The position numbers and the translations under genes are program-made. Positions 10,026 to 24,599 of a stretch of DNA of 64,000 nucleotides are shown here, piece by piece (within the stretch, counting starts at the first letter, position 1; each line of letters opens with the position of its first letter). The notes under the pieces were generated by a model. The model did no database searches, was not told where the DNA came from, and was given only the letters and a program-made list of their open reading frames with translations. The stretch comes from Plasmodiophora brassicae (taxonomy: Eukaryota), in assembly GCA_036867785.1 (NCBI GenBank), contig CP145414.1, positions 1,054,001-1,118,000 of the forward strand, written 5' to 3'.

Positions 10026-12747
10026 TTATTCTTGTTCGCTGTCGGAGAACAGATCAAGACTGGACCCTTCCGAGAACAGGTCGTCGTCGGAGGCGCCCGC
10101 CTTGACTTTGCCGGTTGCATGACCGACGGTGCCCGTCGTGGTGCCATCGACCAACGTGACGGTCGGTTTGGCGATGGTCGCCACCGGCGACCCGTCCGAA
10201 TCGTCCGACAGCTCGAACTCTTTGTCGTCGTTGCCGCCCACCGTCGCGGGCGCCGATGATTCCCCCTTGGAATCCGTCAGGTCCAGCTTGGTGTGCACCA
10301 CGTTGGCTTCCGCGGACGACACCGACTTGATCTGCTGCGCCTCCATCTGCTTCGCAGCAGCGTCCGCGTCGTTGACGATAGTGTCCGGGACGTCGCCGTC
10401 GTCGTCGCCGCCGTCGTCCACGACGTTATCGTCGTGCCTGATGATCTCCCCGTCCGGGTTGACAGTGAAATGCACGCTGCCGCCGGACCGCTCCGGGAAC
10501 AGACGTTCGACAGGCTCGCCGTCATCGTCGCTGTTCTCGTTAACGTCAAAGTTGAATCGGGTCGTGGACCCGTCGAACGACGTCGCCGGTACCGGCGACA
10601 GCTCATCGATCCTGCTGGGCGCTAGCTCGATGAGCGAATTCCTCAACTGGACGATCTCCTTCGCCAGCTGCTTGCGCTTGGCGACCTCGTCCAGGTGGGT
10701 CTTCCCCATCGTCATCAGCATCTGCGCGTTCAGACCGACCCGTTCGCCCAGCTTCATGCAGTCCCGCTCCATCTGCTTCACGTTCTGCTCGATCACCTTC
10801 AGCACCTCCGCACGAACCTCGTTCTGCTGCAGGGCGACCGTCTCGCCCATCCTCTGCAACCCGTCCCTAACAGTGCCATCGATGCGAGTCTCCGCCCACG
10901 ACCGCACTGGGACCGTCGCTCAGCACCCGCGAACCGATCCCTGATGGAGGCGCTCCCTTACGAGATTGCTGGGCGGCCACGTTCTCCTTCTTAATGCTCG
11001 CCGTAGCCGTGCTCAGGTCGGCGGTGACGGCGTCTAATCGTTCCAGGCGCTGCCGGAGGTCGTCGCGGATGCGATCGACGCGAACCTCCAGGTCCTGTCG
11101 GCAAGCGGCCAGGGCGCGCGTCCCTTCCGCCTTGGTGCTGTCCTCGCTGGCGCGTATCATGGCGATGATGTCGTCGCGGAACCGGGCGGTGACGCCCATC
11201 TCGCCGACCACCTTGGTGCACAGTTGTCGTCCGCGCGCCTCCTCGGCCTGCGCCCACAGGTCGAACCGCTGCGACACGTCCCTGGCCATCTCGATCCCGT
11301 TGTTCGCCAGCGCCCTGATGTCCTGCTGCTCCCGGGCGCGGCGCCCCTCCACATCCGCCAAGCGCATCTCGAACCGCGCCTCCTGCACGTCCACCTTGGA
11401 CGCCAGCGCCTCGTCCTGCCGCGCCGTCTTCGCCTTGTAGGCGGCGTCATCGGCCAGGGCGGCCGTCAGTTTCGACTCGGCGGCCAGCACCGCCGCCTGC
11501 GCGCCTTCCAGGCCCTCCTGCAGGGTGCGAACGCTGTCCTGCACGTTGGCAACGACACGCGCGTCCGTCTTGGCGTCGATCGTCTCCTGTAGCGCTGCCG
11601 CGCGTGCCTCGCCATCCAGGCGCGCCTGCTGCTGATCGCGACGTACGCCATCGACCTCGATGGCAACGCGCTCCAGCTGCTGCTGCAGGCGGGCGATGAT
11701 CACCTCCGTCTCCGCCCTCGCCGTCTCGATCGCCGACCGACGTACCGTCTCGCCCAACGACTGCTGGTTGTCGTTGACGCTGGCGATCAGCGCCCTGCGT
11801 ACGGGAGGACCGTCACCCGTTGGGCAATTCGATGAGGAACGGGCGCCGCCGCTCCCTTACCGAGTTTCCGCGCACTGGCTCTGGACGAGCTCGTGCATCT
11901 CGAGGATGTCGGCGCCGATCTCGACGAACCGTCGTTCGGCCTGGGTCTGCGCGCAGATCGCTTCTTGTCGCGCGTCGTGCGCCGCCCGGTCCAGGTCGGC
12001 GACCGCCTTCTCGATGTTCGTCCTGACCTGATGCACGTTGTCGACGCGGGCGGACAGCGAGTCCAGGCGCTCCGACAGCGATTCCAGGGCGGATTCCAGG
12101 CGGGAGACGCCGCCGAGCGCGGATTGCTCGGCGTTGGCCGTCCTGGCTTTCTCGGCCGACTGGTCCAGTTCGTGACGACGCGCCAGGCGCAATGCCTCAT
12201 GGGACATCTCCGATACGTTCGCGAGCGTGCGTTGGATCTCATCGTTCTTGATCTTGCTGAGCTCCATGGTGCGTCTGGACGTCTGGAGCTCCAGGCGCGT
12301 CTCCTTCTGGAAGTCGGCGTCCTTCTTGCGGGACGTCGCCAGGGTTTCGGCCAGCCTCTCGGCGCCGCGCCTCTCGACCTGGTCGAGGCGCTCGCGGATC
12401 TCGTTGCCCAGCGTGTCCTTCAGCGTGCGCTGCTGGGCTTCCAGCTGGACCATCGATGATTCGATCCCGTCCCGGATCCGCTTCGCGATGTCCTCTTGCA
12501 GGGTTTTCAGTTCAACGACCAGGTGGTCGTGAACGCCAGAAACGCCCAGCGACAATGCGGGTGGCGATGCGGCCATTGGCACAACAGGTGTCGCGTCGTC
12601 GATGACGCTGATAGGGTCTCTGACGTGTACGGCGTCGCTGACGACAGCCCGGGATGACGAAGACGACCGTCTAGCGAGGGGGGCGGTTGAGACAGACGTG
12701 CTGGCCAGGCGGAGGTTCGCCTCTGTCTGTTGAATGAGGCGATCCAT
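10026..12747 (-). CDS. Long coiled-coil protein with acidic C-terminal tail (spliced)
   Basis: Three consecutive heptad-rich ORFs (11857-12822, 10867-11757, 10026-10907) separated by short intron-like gaps near 11800-11860 and 10910-10960. Confidence 0.75.
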
Positions 12748-12961
12748 CTCCAGACGCCATGACCGGAACGTTATCGCGTCGGTCGCCATGCCTGCGGTGA
12801 ACGCCTGCCGTGTGACGTGCACGGTTGTCGATCACGGGAATCAGTGCAGGGATGCGTTGTCGAAGGTCGAGTTCAGCCGCCTGGCGACACCATCAGGATA
12901 GCGGTCCAGCGTCCGTCCGCCGTTCAGAATCGTTTATTCGAAACGCGGGAACCATCTGCGA

Positions 12962-14405
12962 TCATTCGGCATCGTCGCCAATGCCTTGTTCGGCAATTGA
13001 AAACGTGGCCTCGGATTCAGGCAGGCATGGAGAGTCGTAGATCTGCCGTCGGTTTTCTCAACCTGTTGCAACAAGATGCTTTCGAGAGTAGTATTACCTT
13101 GCAGACGCGAGTATTACCGCGACCTTTGCGCAACGACAGACGTGTCGTGGAAGCGTGCCCCATGATGTGCCCGCCGACTGAAAAGACGGCATTAGGTATA
13201 CTGAAGCAATAGCACATTACAAAATGGCGTACCAGGTTTCTTCGGGTCCGCGTTGAACATTGCCATGCCACCATCGACCGTTGCCACAACCTACACGCGC
13301 TGGTGAGGTAGCGAAGAGACGGAATGGACAAAGGGTGGCTGTGAACCTGATTTGTTATGACGACCGCAACACTGAACTGATCGGCCAAACCCTGTAAGCC
13401 ACGAAGGAACCGACCCAGGTGCGTTTGACGGTCCGATAGTTGTCCGCGCCCTGAGTAGTCGGTACGGTACAAGGCTGTTGCGCTGTCCACGACGATGAGC
13501 GCGAAGTGCTCCTGGCTTAGGTGCCCAGCGGCTTGCGCTAATAGCGACGTCTCTGGAGTGTATGCCTCGGTCAGCATGGCCGATAGCACGTTCATCAAGA
13601 CGGTGAGTTACGATGGTCAGTGTTATGCGCACGTGCGCATACGACATTCTCGAGCACATCGGAAGAATCCACACCAAACCTGCGATCTGTTCTCAGTGCA
13701 GCGATGGCAAACATGGGAAGTTCGAACCTTTCGGCAATCGGATCAAGCCTTTCAGCACGGAATGTGCCTTCCGTGTCAATGTAAAGGACCTTGCCTTGTC
13801 CTCCTCCATTCTCGAACGGCAACTGTGCAATGACACAAAGTGTGTGACAGATCTGCGTCTTCCCCGTGCGGAACTCCCCAAATATCTCGGTAATCGAGCC
13901 GGCCTCAATCCCGCCCTGTACCATACTCAATGCCACTGTACGTCATGGTCAATTCCGTTACCTGCAAGAGTGCGTCGAAAGCCTTTGATCCTGTGCTCAG
14001 CCTGATGAGATGCTTGCGTTTCTGGTACCACTCCGTTGCCGTCTGGAATCCCATCGGTACCAGCTTGGCCGCTGTGTCACGTTATGATCTCCCCATTCCC
14101 ATACCGGGTCCCACAAAGCACCTTCTAGAAGCAGTTTGTCAGCCTTGGCTTCGCTGATGCCTTTGATCCCAATCAGGGCCTTGCGCGTCGAATATGCGAC
14201 AGCTTCAACCGTATGGCACCCCGCCTCTTTCAGCTTCTTGATATCGGCCGCGTTAATGCCTCGACTCTGTCCAGGTGTGATCCCCCTCCATTCCGAACGC
14301 ACAGACGGGCCTCTTCTATACCTCTAGCTTCTCGATCGGGAACGGCCCGGCCTCATCACGATCGTCACCCGCCCGCTGGCACTCTTGCATGACTGCCACC
14401 GCCAT
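12962..14405 (-). CDS. RAD51: DNA recombinase RAD51 (multi-exon)
   Basis: [23 protein letters not shown], Walker [60 protein letters not shown]. The ALYRTDY/HLGRFLR residues favour RAD51 over DMC1. Confidence 0.95.
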
Positions 14406-14642
14406 CACCGCCTGCAACGACACGGACGATGCCCACCCGACCAACCCCAAATCCCAAATGACGACCCCCATCGCGTGCCGCCGCGTTGTAACGCTGCAGT
14501 TCAGACTGGCGCCCTGTGGTGCGGTAACGTTGCCCGGGGAGGATCCGTGTGCCAGGTGCGTGTTGTTTGTTGGTGGGCGCGTGCCGTTATTGATGCAGTC
14601 ATTTCTGCTGCGGTCCGAAGTTCGCGAGTGCTGACGATCGTT

Positions 14643-15036
14643 ATGGCAACCATCGGCGACGACCTGTGCACTGTATGCGGCAAGAAGGTGTACGCAGTTG
14701 AGAAGATCGTGGCCGAAAGCAGGCTGGTAATAATTGTCCTTGTTTGGTGTCGGGCGTGCTCATGCGTTCTGAGTGCTCCAATGTCCCGCACAGTTCCACA
14801 AGAATTGCTTCAAGTGTCATGGCTGTAGTAAGCGTTTGGACCCCGGGAAGATCACAAGCCACGAAGGGAACGTCTACTGCCCGCCGTGCTACACGAAATC
14901 ATTCGGTCCAAAAGGTATGCCGATACTCTAACGGGACAATCCGACGTGTGCTAACGAAACCCCAGGGTACGGGTTCGCCAATGGTCAGGCCGGCCTGTCA
15001 ACCCATGTGTACTCCACTGACTCGAAACCGAACTGA
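14643..15036 (+). CDS. Single-LIM, CRIP-like protein (3 exons)
   Basis: CTVCGKKVYAVEK / FHKNCFKCHGCSKRL...YCPPCYTKSFGPKG / YGF; two short introns. Confidence 0.85.
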
Positions 15037-15204
15037 AATTTCTAAATCGTCACCGTACTACTGAGCAATACATGGTTCTTGGTGTCTCAACCTCTGTGAC
15101 TAGCGGCATGCTCGAATTGACGTTTGTCGATTCGGGCGTCGTCGGCAGTGCTAGAAGTAAGGAGCAGATTCAAGGACCGGGGCCATCTCGCGAAACGCGC
15201 CGAT

Positions 15205-15777
15205 ATGGAAGTTCCCGAAATGACTGAGGCGGAGGTCAAACGATGCCGCGAGGCGTTCCGCATGTTCGACAAGGATAATAGCGGCACGATCGACGTGTGG
15301 GAGCTGGCACAGGCATTGGAGACATCGTTGAAGAAGAAGCCGACGCAGGAAGAGGTACGTTGTTTATTCACCCTCCCCAATCTTGTCCTTGTTGTGTTGA
15401 GCGGAATGCGAAGGTCTTTGGAATGATTTCTATGGTCGATGAGGACATGAGCGGGTAAATGCCTGGATCTTCATTAGTCGTAAAGGCTAATGGGTCCCGT
15501 GTTCAGGTCGATCGATTTCCAAGAGTTCCTGAAAGTAATTCAGACTCAACGAGCAGCGTCGACGAAACTGGCGGATGACAGCGATCTCGTCAATGCGTTC
15601 GTCGCACTGGGCGGTGCCCCGGATAAGTCGGGAACCATCGACTACGCGAAATTGAGGAAAATCATCTACGACGACTTTGGGCTGACGTTCAAGCTCGACG
15701 AGCAGCTGAAGCAAGTCAGCCCCGATAACAACGGCGGTGCTATCACGTTCAACGAATTCAAAGACCTCCTGGCTTGA
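15205..15777 (+). CDS. Calmodulin-like EF-hand protein (spliced)
   Basis: REAFRMFDKDNSGTIDVWEL, DEDMSGSIDFQEF, AFVALGG..DKSGTID, DNNGGAITFNEF. Confidence 0.9.
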
Positions 15778-15915
15778 TAAACGGGGCCCAATTGCAGGGG
15801 ACAGCCGACAGTGGCACAGAGCGCCCCAAATAGCGGGAGTGGGCATCTGCGGGTCGCCGATGTCGCCCTTCTGCCTGGTGACCGTCCTGCGCGTCCTGGA
15901 CGGTCCTGCCGCATA

Positions 15916-16722
15916 TGGCGCTTGCCCCCAGGTCGAGTGTGGCAATCAACGTGGAATCGGTGGCACGTAACTGATGGATTTATTTACAATCTGAAGTGCT
16001 GGCGCAAGGTCGTTGCAACGTCGTGTCGGCATTGTGGATGCCGAGGGCAACCGCTGCAACGATACCGCGTCCGGCTCCTACTTAGTGAAGCGACCTCTAG
16101 CAGGGCGCGAATTGCGACTGTGTTTGGTAGCGTCGCGTCGGGCTCCTCTTGCCCATCTGCTGACTACTTCAAGGGCCGGGTCTTTCGGGTGACTTCATCC
16201 ATCCCCCTTTGAAATATTTGCGTCTGACACATCCTACAAGGCTACGTTTAAATCCCGGTCCATCGTGTATTCAAAGCTGTCTGATTTGCCCGACCCAATC
16301 GTGGCTGTTGAATTCCAACCAATTCCGGAACCCGTATTACCGGATAACAGTTCGCCTTTAGAAGAGGTGGGTAGTCCTCCGTGCCAAAAGCGGGCCGACG
16401 ACAAGTGGGTACTGACGCCCCGTCCCGAGTTGCTAACACCTCTCAGGGAACCAGGTCGAGTCCTCCAATCACAGATGGTGAACGCCGCGGTACTGAATGT
16501 GCGAGTTTAGACAGGAGTATCGAATCTCAGATGTCGCAGTTGTTCTTCTCGCCAGAGATCTCGTCGTGCTCAGGAGATATGGAGACCCAGGCCGCGAGTA
16601 TGGTTCGCGAGCTCCACGAGTCTTCTGACAACGACAATCGTACAGGATTATTGGGACTGCCTGAACCCATGAGCAACAACAACGAGATTGATGCGATCTG
16701 CCGGAAGATACAATTCTTATGA
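15916..16722 (+). CDS. Hypothetical spliced protein
   Basis: Chain of short plus-strand coding-like segments ending NEIDAICRKIQFL*; no family recognised; start uncertain. Confidence 0.35.
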
Positions 16723-16804
16723 TTCATGGATACCGTACTGTATATAAACACTAGTTGAGCTGATAACCGACACCACGTCCTCGCCGTTGCCGGTACCCAG
16801 CATT

Positions 16805-17907
<1,103 letters not shown>

Positions 17908-18232
17908 TTCGGCTATCGGCCTCGTGTCGACCTTGCCGGATGCACCACCACTGCTGCCGAACGTAACCGCGACGTGGCCCGTTCCGACAGAAAATTTTCC
18001 GCCCACAGTCTCAAAATGGACAGGCGAGGGCCGATTGCCAATTGCGGGCGCGAGTGAAGAGCACGCCGGGTTCAACGACATCCGGCTTCATGGTACACTG
18101 CTTGGAAGAATGACGCTCGACCGAGAAACGAACGGCTTCTACTGCGTTTCGAACGAACATGTGAGACTGGCCGAACGCCGGCCTATCATCAGTACTTTAT
18201 GTTTTTGTGCAGAAGAAACGGTTTGTATTCGT

Positions 18233-18985
18233 CTACGGTTTCATGGCCGGACCTAAGGTGCGGTGTATTTCGTTAATCGACACGATGACGTCCTTGACGC
18301 GGGCGACCAGATCGGGATCCAGGCGCGCCTCGATCGACGAGAACGCTGTTTCGCCGGGAGCTGGTTTCGCCACCACAGTGTTTGACGACCTCTTGTAGCA
18401 CCTGCATCGGCAACAGTTAGATGCAGTGTAGAGCATGCAGACTCTCGCCGACTACTTAAGGTCCCGGAGACCAAAACTACGCCAGTTCGGTGACGGTTGT
18501 TCTAGGTAGAACCTAAGAGCATGTACGGGGATCTCCTTCAAGAAACATGCACCGAATTCGCTGATCGATATCGTATGGTAGTGCTGGGCGTCATCTTCGT
18601 AGTGCGCGTCAGTCATCAACTGGCGTGATGACAGAATTGCGGTCCAATCGGGTTCCTTCGCCGCGGTACCGAACGCTATTTCGACCCTGATTAGACTGAT
18701 CGGCAGAGCACCATCATCCGGACACTACCATCGACAAGCGGAATCGTCAGCTGCTTGATGGAGATCGAGGCGCAGTAGTAATTCCTAAACTTGATGCATT
18801 CGATCTGGTGACAAAGTCAACAGCCATTGGCTGAACCACGGTGCACGAATTAACGAGCGAACATTGGCAGGCTTGTCAAAGGTAATCTCCTGATAGATGA
18901 CGCACGGGCGCCTCGCCGAGTTCGTCTGCTCCCGGACGGTAAACGCCACCTCCTCCAGCACAAACTCGTCCGCGGCAGCGCCCAT
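18233..18985 (-). CDS. NICN1: Nicolin-1-like protein (spliced; 3' end uncertain)
   Basis: Exon pieces read FRNYYCASISIKQ, WTAILSSRQLMTDAHYEDDAQ, YLEQPSPNW, resembling NICN1 conserved blocks. Confidence 0.65.
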
Positions 18986-19318
18986 AGCGACGTCGGTTAC
19001 TCGGCGACCAATGGTCGACCCGGGGGCCCCGCCACGTCGGCACATAGCTGGCCGGTCCCAGAGAGTCCTGCAGACCTCTGGCAAGGTTGCCATCGGCCGT
19101 GCTGATATAGTGCAATGGCACTTCAGTAACGCGTTGCCAGCGTTCTCACACAAGAAAACGTCATAGGACAGTTACTGGCTGTAAAATGGTTCCTTCTTCA
19201 TCACGAGGCAATGAAACAGTTATTCTAAATATAGATCACCAGGAACGCCCTCGCCACCTGCACCGCTCGTCCTACTCGACGATGTCCGCGCCATTCCGTC
19301 TCCATCCGACTACGAGCA

Positions 19319-19911
19319 ATGGTCGATCATCGAACGACAGCTGCGACTAGTAATCACACAACGAACGCCGCGATCGACTTGCTCGTTCAGCTGTCCATCG
19401 CGCATACCATCTATGACCATGCACCACTGTACACTGTTGACGACGTTGCTCGGTTCGCCGGCCATATTCCAGGCATGAACAACAAGAACCTGCTCCTGAA
19501 AACGAAGAAGGGCAAACAGTTTGCCATTGTGTGTGTGCCCTTCGACAAACGTGTTGACCTACAGGCACTTGCAAACACGCTTGATCTGCGACACCTGAGC
19601 ATGGCGTCGCCTGAATCTATGCTGGGCATTCTAGGCGTTTCCGCCGGAGCCCTCAGCCCGCTCGCCGCTGTTCATGATACTGACCAGAAGGTACGAATAA
19701 CATGACTCGGTCATCCGTATATAACACTGTGCCTATTGTATAGGTTACCGTTGTCATTGACAAAGCTCTTACCGACCTGCCACAAGGCGCGCAGATTCAG
19801 TGCCACCCTATGCAGAACACGCAGACCGTCGTTCTTGGCATCGCCGACATGCTCAAGTATCTGATCGCAACCAACCACGAACCTCGAATTATCGATGTCC
19901 CAAGCAAATAA
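19319..19911 (+). CDS. YbaK/ProX-type aminoacyl-tRNA editing domain protein
   Basis: HAPLYTV, KNLLLK, LSMASPE, LGVSAGALSPLA, then after an intron (~19691-19743) CHPMQNTQT. Confidence 0.85.
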
Positions 19912-20292
19912 ATGGCCGAACCATTGATTGATCATTGTCATGCAACGTTGACCAGGGAATCTTGTGCATACTGCTGATACGTGGCTGTGCCGGCCACGTC
20001 ACCGTGTCACGCGTGCAATCCAATTCCTCAGCCATGCCGAAGTTGCCTCCTTGTACCTGCGCGCTGTCGATACAAGACTGCTCATGTTCGATCCCAGCAC
20101 TTTGTCTGTTTCGGGACTCAGATGCCCAATAGGCGCGCCTCTGTCTAGAATCGGTAGATCCTTAAGGTGGGTTCTCGTGCGTCGCTTTAATCTTCAGGCG
20201 CCGTGTCGGTTTGAGAATTTGAGGAGACCTACATAACTGCCGCTGGCAAAAACGGCACAAAATACCGTGGCGAGGGCGCATGGGACAAGGTA

Positions 20293-22360
20293 GTGGGCGT
20301 CCTCGTGGGCAAGCCGCAAGCGCCAGGCAGTCGGGCTAGAGGCGACGATCATCGCGGTCGAGGTCGAGCCGTTCATCTATCACAAGCTGTTCAGCTGTCA
20401 CCTGACGAGATATTCGTTCAGCCGGACTGCCCTGACGTCGTGTTGCGGTCGAGACCGGACGAAGTCGACCATGAGGCATTGTCGCGGCCAAAGAAGCAGG
20501 AGGTTGAAGGGCCGGCTAACTACAAACGTCGTCAGCTCAAGCGCGCTCTTCGACCGATGGACTGCTGCGGCTGCCGCAGTAGTTGTATCGACATGCTGGG
20601 TGTGGTGGCTGACGAACATCGCCGTTTGTTCGTCGAGGAACGCGATTTCATGGCGCAGACAGACTACCTCGCTTCAATGATCACGATCAGGAAGGCGCCA
20701 GCCGGCAGCGTTCCTGGCTCTTACCAATACGCACTGCCAGGATCCGATGGCATCCCGATCGTCATCTGCCGCCAGGCTTTCATGAAAGTGTTCGGCATGG
20801 GCACTGTGAAGCGTACGAATGTCATTAAGCGCATGACGAACCAGTACGGCGTTCCGCAGGGTGCTGTTCCGTCGTTCGGCATGGATAGCCGCGGCAAGAG
20901 CAACGTTGCTGTTCGCAATCGTACACCACATAACGTGCTCGAGATCGCGCGCGCCTCTATCGTCTCGCAGCTCAAGCAGTTCGGCGAGACTTCGCACTAC
21001 TTGCAGGAAGAGCAAGCGCAAGTGATTTATATGCCGGCTGACCAGAGCCCCAGTTCGCTGTGGCGTCAGCTAGTCAAACTTCTTCTGCGCGACGACGCGA
21101 AATGGATGAACTTCGGCCGGCATCGCCAGTGGTCGCACCCGGGCGAAATGTGGGTGCGATCATGCCTGCAAGCTAGCGCGACATGGAAGAAATACCGGAT
21201 ATGTCTTAGTGCACCCGCCGACATGCCGGACTTAATCGTGACTTAATCGTGAAGACTTCACGATTAAGTCCGGCATGTCGGCGGGTGCACTAAGACATAT
21301 CCGGTATTTCTTCCATGTCGCGCTAGGGTTTCTTGTTCTGGAGGCGTCCGACACAATCCCGTCCAGTTCAGCTTCATCGTACAGTATTTCCAAGATGGTC
21401 CGCTGCGAGTATGGCACCGACGTGCTGTACTCGGAGCTGGTCCGGGCCGCCATTATCCGCTGCCAACGCGCCCGCTCTTCCTGTTGCTGCTCGTTGACGG
21501 ATTGACGGTGATCTCCGCGCCTGTACTCTGCCGCTTCGCGCTGTCGTTCGCAATAGGCAATACGCTGACCACCCGCTTGCGCTCCCGCGAACGTCCTTCC
21601 TCGATGGCACGTTACGGGAGATATTTGCATACGCGCGTGCCGAATACTTTCAGTCCCCTTAATGAGTGACAACGTCAAGAAGTTGCTGGGTACCGATGTA
21701 ATAACAACGCCAACGACGCAGGCTGGCCGTTTTTCAACGCGCAGCGCTCTTCTCCAGGTACAGGAAGACGGCAACCTGTTAGCGGGACGATACCTTATTG
21801 TTGCCAACAGTTCCGCAAGGATTTGCTCAGGTCACAGTCAGCCGAGTTGCTGAGCGCTGGGCTTGAGAGGCGAGACTGGCGTCGGTCGTTTCCGACGTTT
21901 TCGTCAAGCGATGCTCCCTACTACGAGGCACAGCCCGGGTGGGTTCGCGATCCTGTCTCGAAGAGGTTGACGCCCGCGATCGCTCTGCGGGAGACTCGCT
22001 CGAATAATAATCTGCCTTCGCTTCGCAATGCTGTCCCGAGCGGGGAACAGGATCCCCGATACGCAACACGGCATCGCCTGCCGAAACAACCCATTCGAGA
22101 GGGCCTCACCGACTGCCTCCGGCCGCGCCAGGTACCCGACGTCAAAGACGACATCCTCGCGCGACGTCGACAAGTCCATCCTCCAGTGGACGTATACCGT
22201 TGCGCCTCCAGAGGCATCCCCGTTGATTTCTCCGATGCCTACAGGCTCCCCGAAGCCACTCCGAGGTGGCGTGTCCGCCTCGCACCTGTTGTGTCCCGCC
22301 GTCGACGACCCCCACGCAGCGACAAACGGCACCGGTCGACGCATGCCGCTGCTTGCTGAT
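20293..22360 (+). mobile_element. Degenerate Sola/DUF7869-type DNA transposase relic
   Basis: Cys cluster CCGCRSSC, ICRQAFMKVFGM, DSRGK..RNRTP, ETSHY...IYMP in the order typical of Sola-like transposase N-termini; ORF ends in a hairpin at 21173-21326. The 3' extent is tentative and no TIRs were found. Confidence 0.5.
21173..21326. repeat. Near-perfect palindrome/hairpin
   Basis: Arms of about 69 bp; core gacttaatcgtgaag-a-cttcacgattaagtc with a 1-nt loop at 21255; the left arm carries an extra 11-bp tandem copy (gacttaatcgt x2, 21229-21250). Confidence 0.95.
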
Positions 22361-22576
22361 AAACAACGATATACATCACGATGGCATGTGCGCCTGATGA
22401 TTGGTGGCGACGGCAGGTTAACGATGTGCCCCGGGTCTGTTTTGGCGAACGATGTTTCCTGCGGCGAGCGTCCCCCGTGGCCGCCGCCGTGGGGCCGTGG
22501 CCGTGGGGTGCCAGATTGAGTTGCAACAGCGCTCCACAGGACCGGAGTGCGTCCGCGGCAGGGCGGCTCATCGACA

Positions 22577-24432
22577 ATGCTGCTGTGGCGGGCCGGTCGC
22601 CGCGCCGCATCGGGTGTGGTGCCGGCGTCGCCCGACTTGGGCCTGGTGGGGCGCGCGTTCGTCGAGCAGAACGGGCGCCCGAGCCTGGAGAACGCGCTGA
22701 CGCCGCGCCAGATCGTGTCGTACCTCGAGCGGTACGTCGTCGGGCAGGTTGATGCCAAGCAGGCCGTCGCGGTTGCGTTGCGGAACCGCTGGCGACGGCA
22801 CCAGCTCGCGGAAGACATGCTGCACGAGATCATGCCCAAGAATATCCTCATGATCGGCCCAACTGGGTGCGGCAAGACCGAGATCGCCCGAAGGCTGGCC
22901 ATGCTTGCGCAGGCACCCTTCATTAAAGTGGAAGCCACCAAGTTCACAGGTACATTGTCGTTCTATCAGGACGGTTTGCTGTACTTACCATGTGGCCAGA
23001 GACGGTACGGTGGTGATGCTCCAGTTGAACCTTGACACACATGGGTGATCTGACTTTTGAAAGGGGTTCCACGGTCGGGATGTGGATCAGATCCTTCGGG
23101 ATTTGATCGAGGCGTCAATGAGTTTGATACGGACTCAGCGCCGAAAGCAATCCCTTCGGCAAGTCGCTGAGATTGTCGAGGATCGCATCTTGACATGTCT
23201 CACCGGGGGTAACAACCCCAAACAGAAGCAGGCGTTCAGCAAGCTGCTGCGCGATGGTCGTCTTGAGAACCAGATCATCACGGTTGATGTGCCTCACAAA
23301 GATGCCTCTCCCGAGACGTTCAGGGATCAGTCTGACATCATCACGAGCATCAAGAAGCTCGTCGGCGCCAAGAAAGTCGTGCGAGCGGACATGACGATCG
23401 CGCAAGCTCGACCGCTTCTGGAGGTTTCGCCCCTTGCGACGACATTCGAAACACGCTATTGATCGACGTGCGACACATCGACAGGAATCCGAGGCCGAGC
23501 GACTGATGGAAACTGGTGATCTGGCGTCAGACGCGATCAAACTCGCGGAGCAGAACGGGATCGTGTTTATCGACGAGATTGACAAAATCTGCACCGCGAG
23601 TGATTCGCATCGGTCGTCTGCAGACGCGTCTGCTGAAGGTTGTTTTATGCATGCGCCAGCCCTTTGTTTCGTTCTCGGGTTAACCTGCATGCGTAGGTGT
23701 GCAGAGAGATCTGTTGCCACTGATCGAAGGGTCCGTTGTTAACACCAAGTACGGGAACATATCTACCGATCACGTGTAAGAGTTAATCGTCATTTGAACA
23801 TACGTGGCGCGTTTGCTTAACCGACCGTGCTGAACTAGATTATTTATTGCGTCTGGTGCGTTTCATTCATGTAAGCCGAGCGACCTACTTGCCGAGTTGC
23901 AGGGACGGTTGCCGATACGTGTCGAACTCAAGGGCCTTGATGTAAGCACTGTTCCGTGGCCATTTCTGCAGAGGCTTATTGCTCTACAGGTGGCCGACCT
24001 GTATCGCATTCTTACCGAACCGGAGTTCAATCTTATCAAGCAACAGGTACATCCAGGGTTATTGCACTTTCATGTTGCACGCCTGATGTTCTGCTTAGGT
24101 TGCACTGTTGGGTGCTGAGGATGTGAACTTGTCGTTCACGAACGAAGCCGTTCATGAAATCTCGAAAATAGCCGCTGAGCTGAACAAAACTGTTCGTGCG
24201 CCTCTCCCGATATGCAAATCAGATGTTCTCACGCGTCACGTGCCCCGCGCAGGTTGAGAACATCGGCGCGAGGCGACTGCACACTGTAATCGAACGCATC
24301 GTCTCCGATATTAGCTTCAATGCGCCCGAGTACAGCGACGATGAGCGAAACGTTGTCATTGATGCTGCATATGTTCGGGAGCGGCTGAACAGTCTCATGA
24401 CGAAGACGGACCTCTCCAAGTACGTCCTGTGA
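22577..24432 (+). CDS. hslU: HslU/ClpY ATPase subunit of the HslUV protease, probably mitochondrial (multi-exon)
   Basis: [90 protein letters not shown]; Arg-rich N-terminal extension. Confidence 0.95.
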
Positions 24433-24599
24433 TTGGCCGCTCCCCTATATGTTCCGTACAGTATATAAACCGTCCAAGCCCTTATCGGCACGCCCACTTC
24501 GTTCATCTGCACTGATCGACTCGTCGTCGGACCTCGCGACAACGGTTTAAAGCGGGACATCGTAGCGGTGGCCCCAATGGTATTTTAGGAACGAAGCAG

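Noticed and set aside
12962-14405. Possible DMC1 (meiosis-specific) call
   Set aside because: Diagnostic residues ([26 protein letters not shown]) fit RAD51.
20130-22560. TIRs/TSD for the Sola-like relic
   Set aside because: No matching terminal inverted repeats found by eye.
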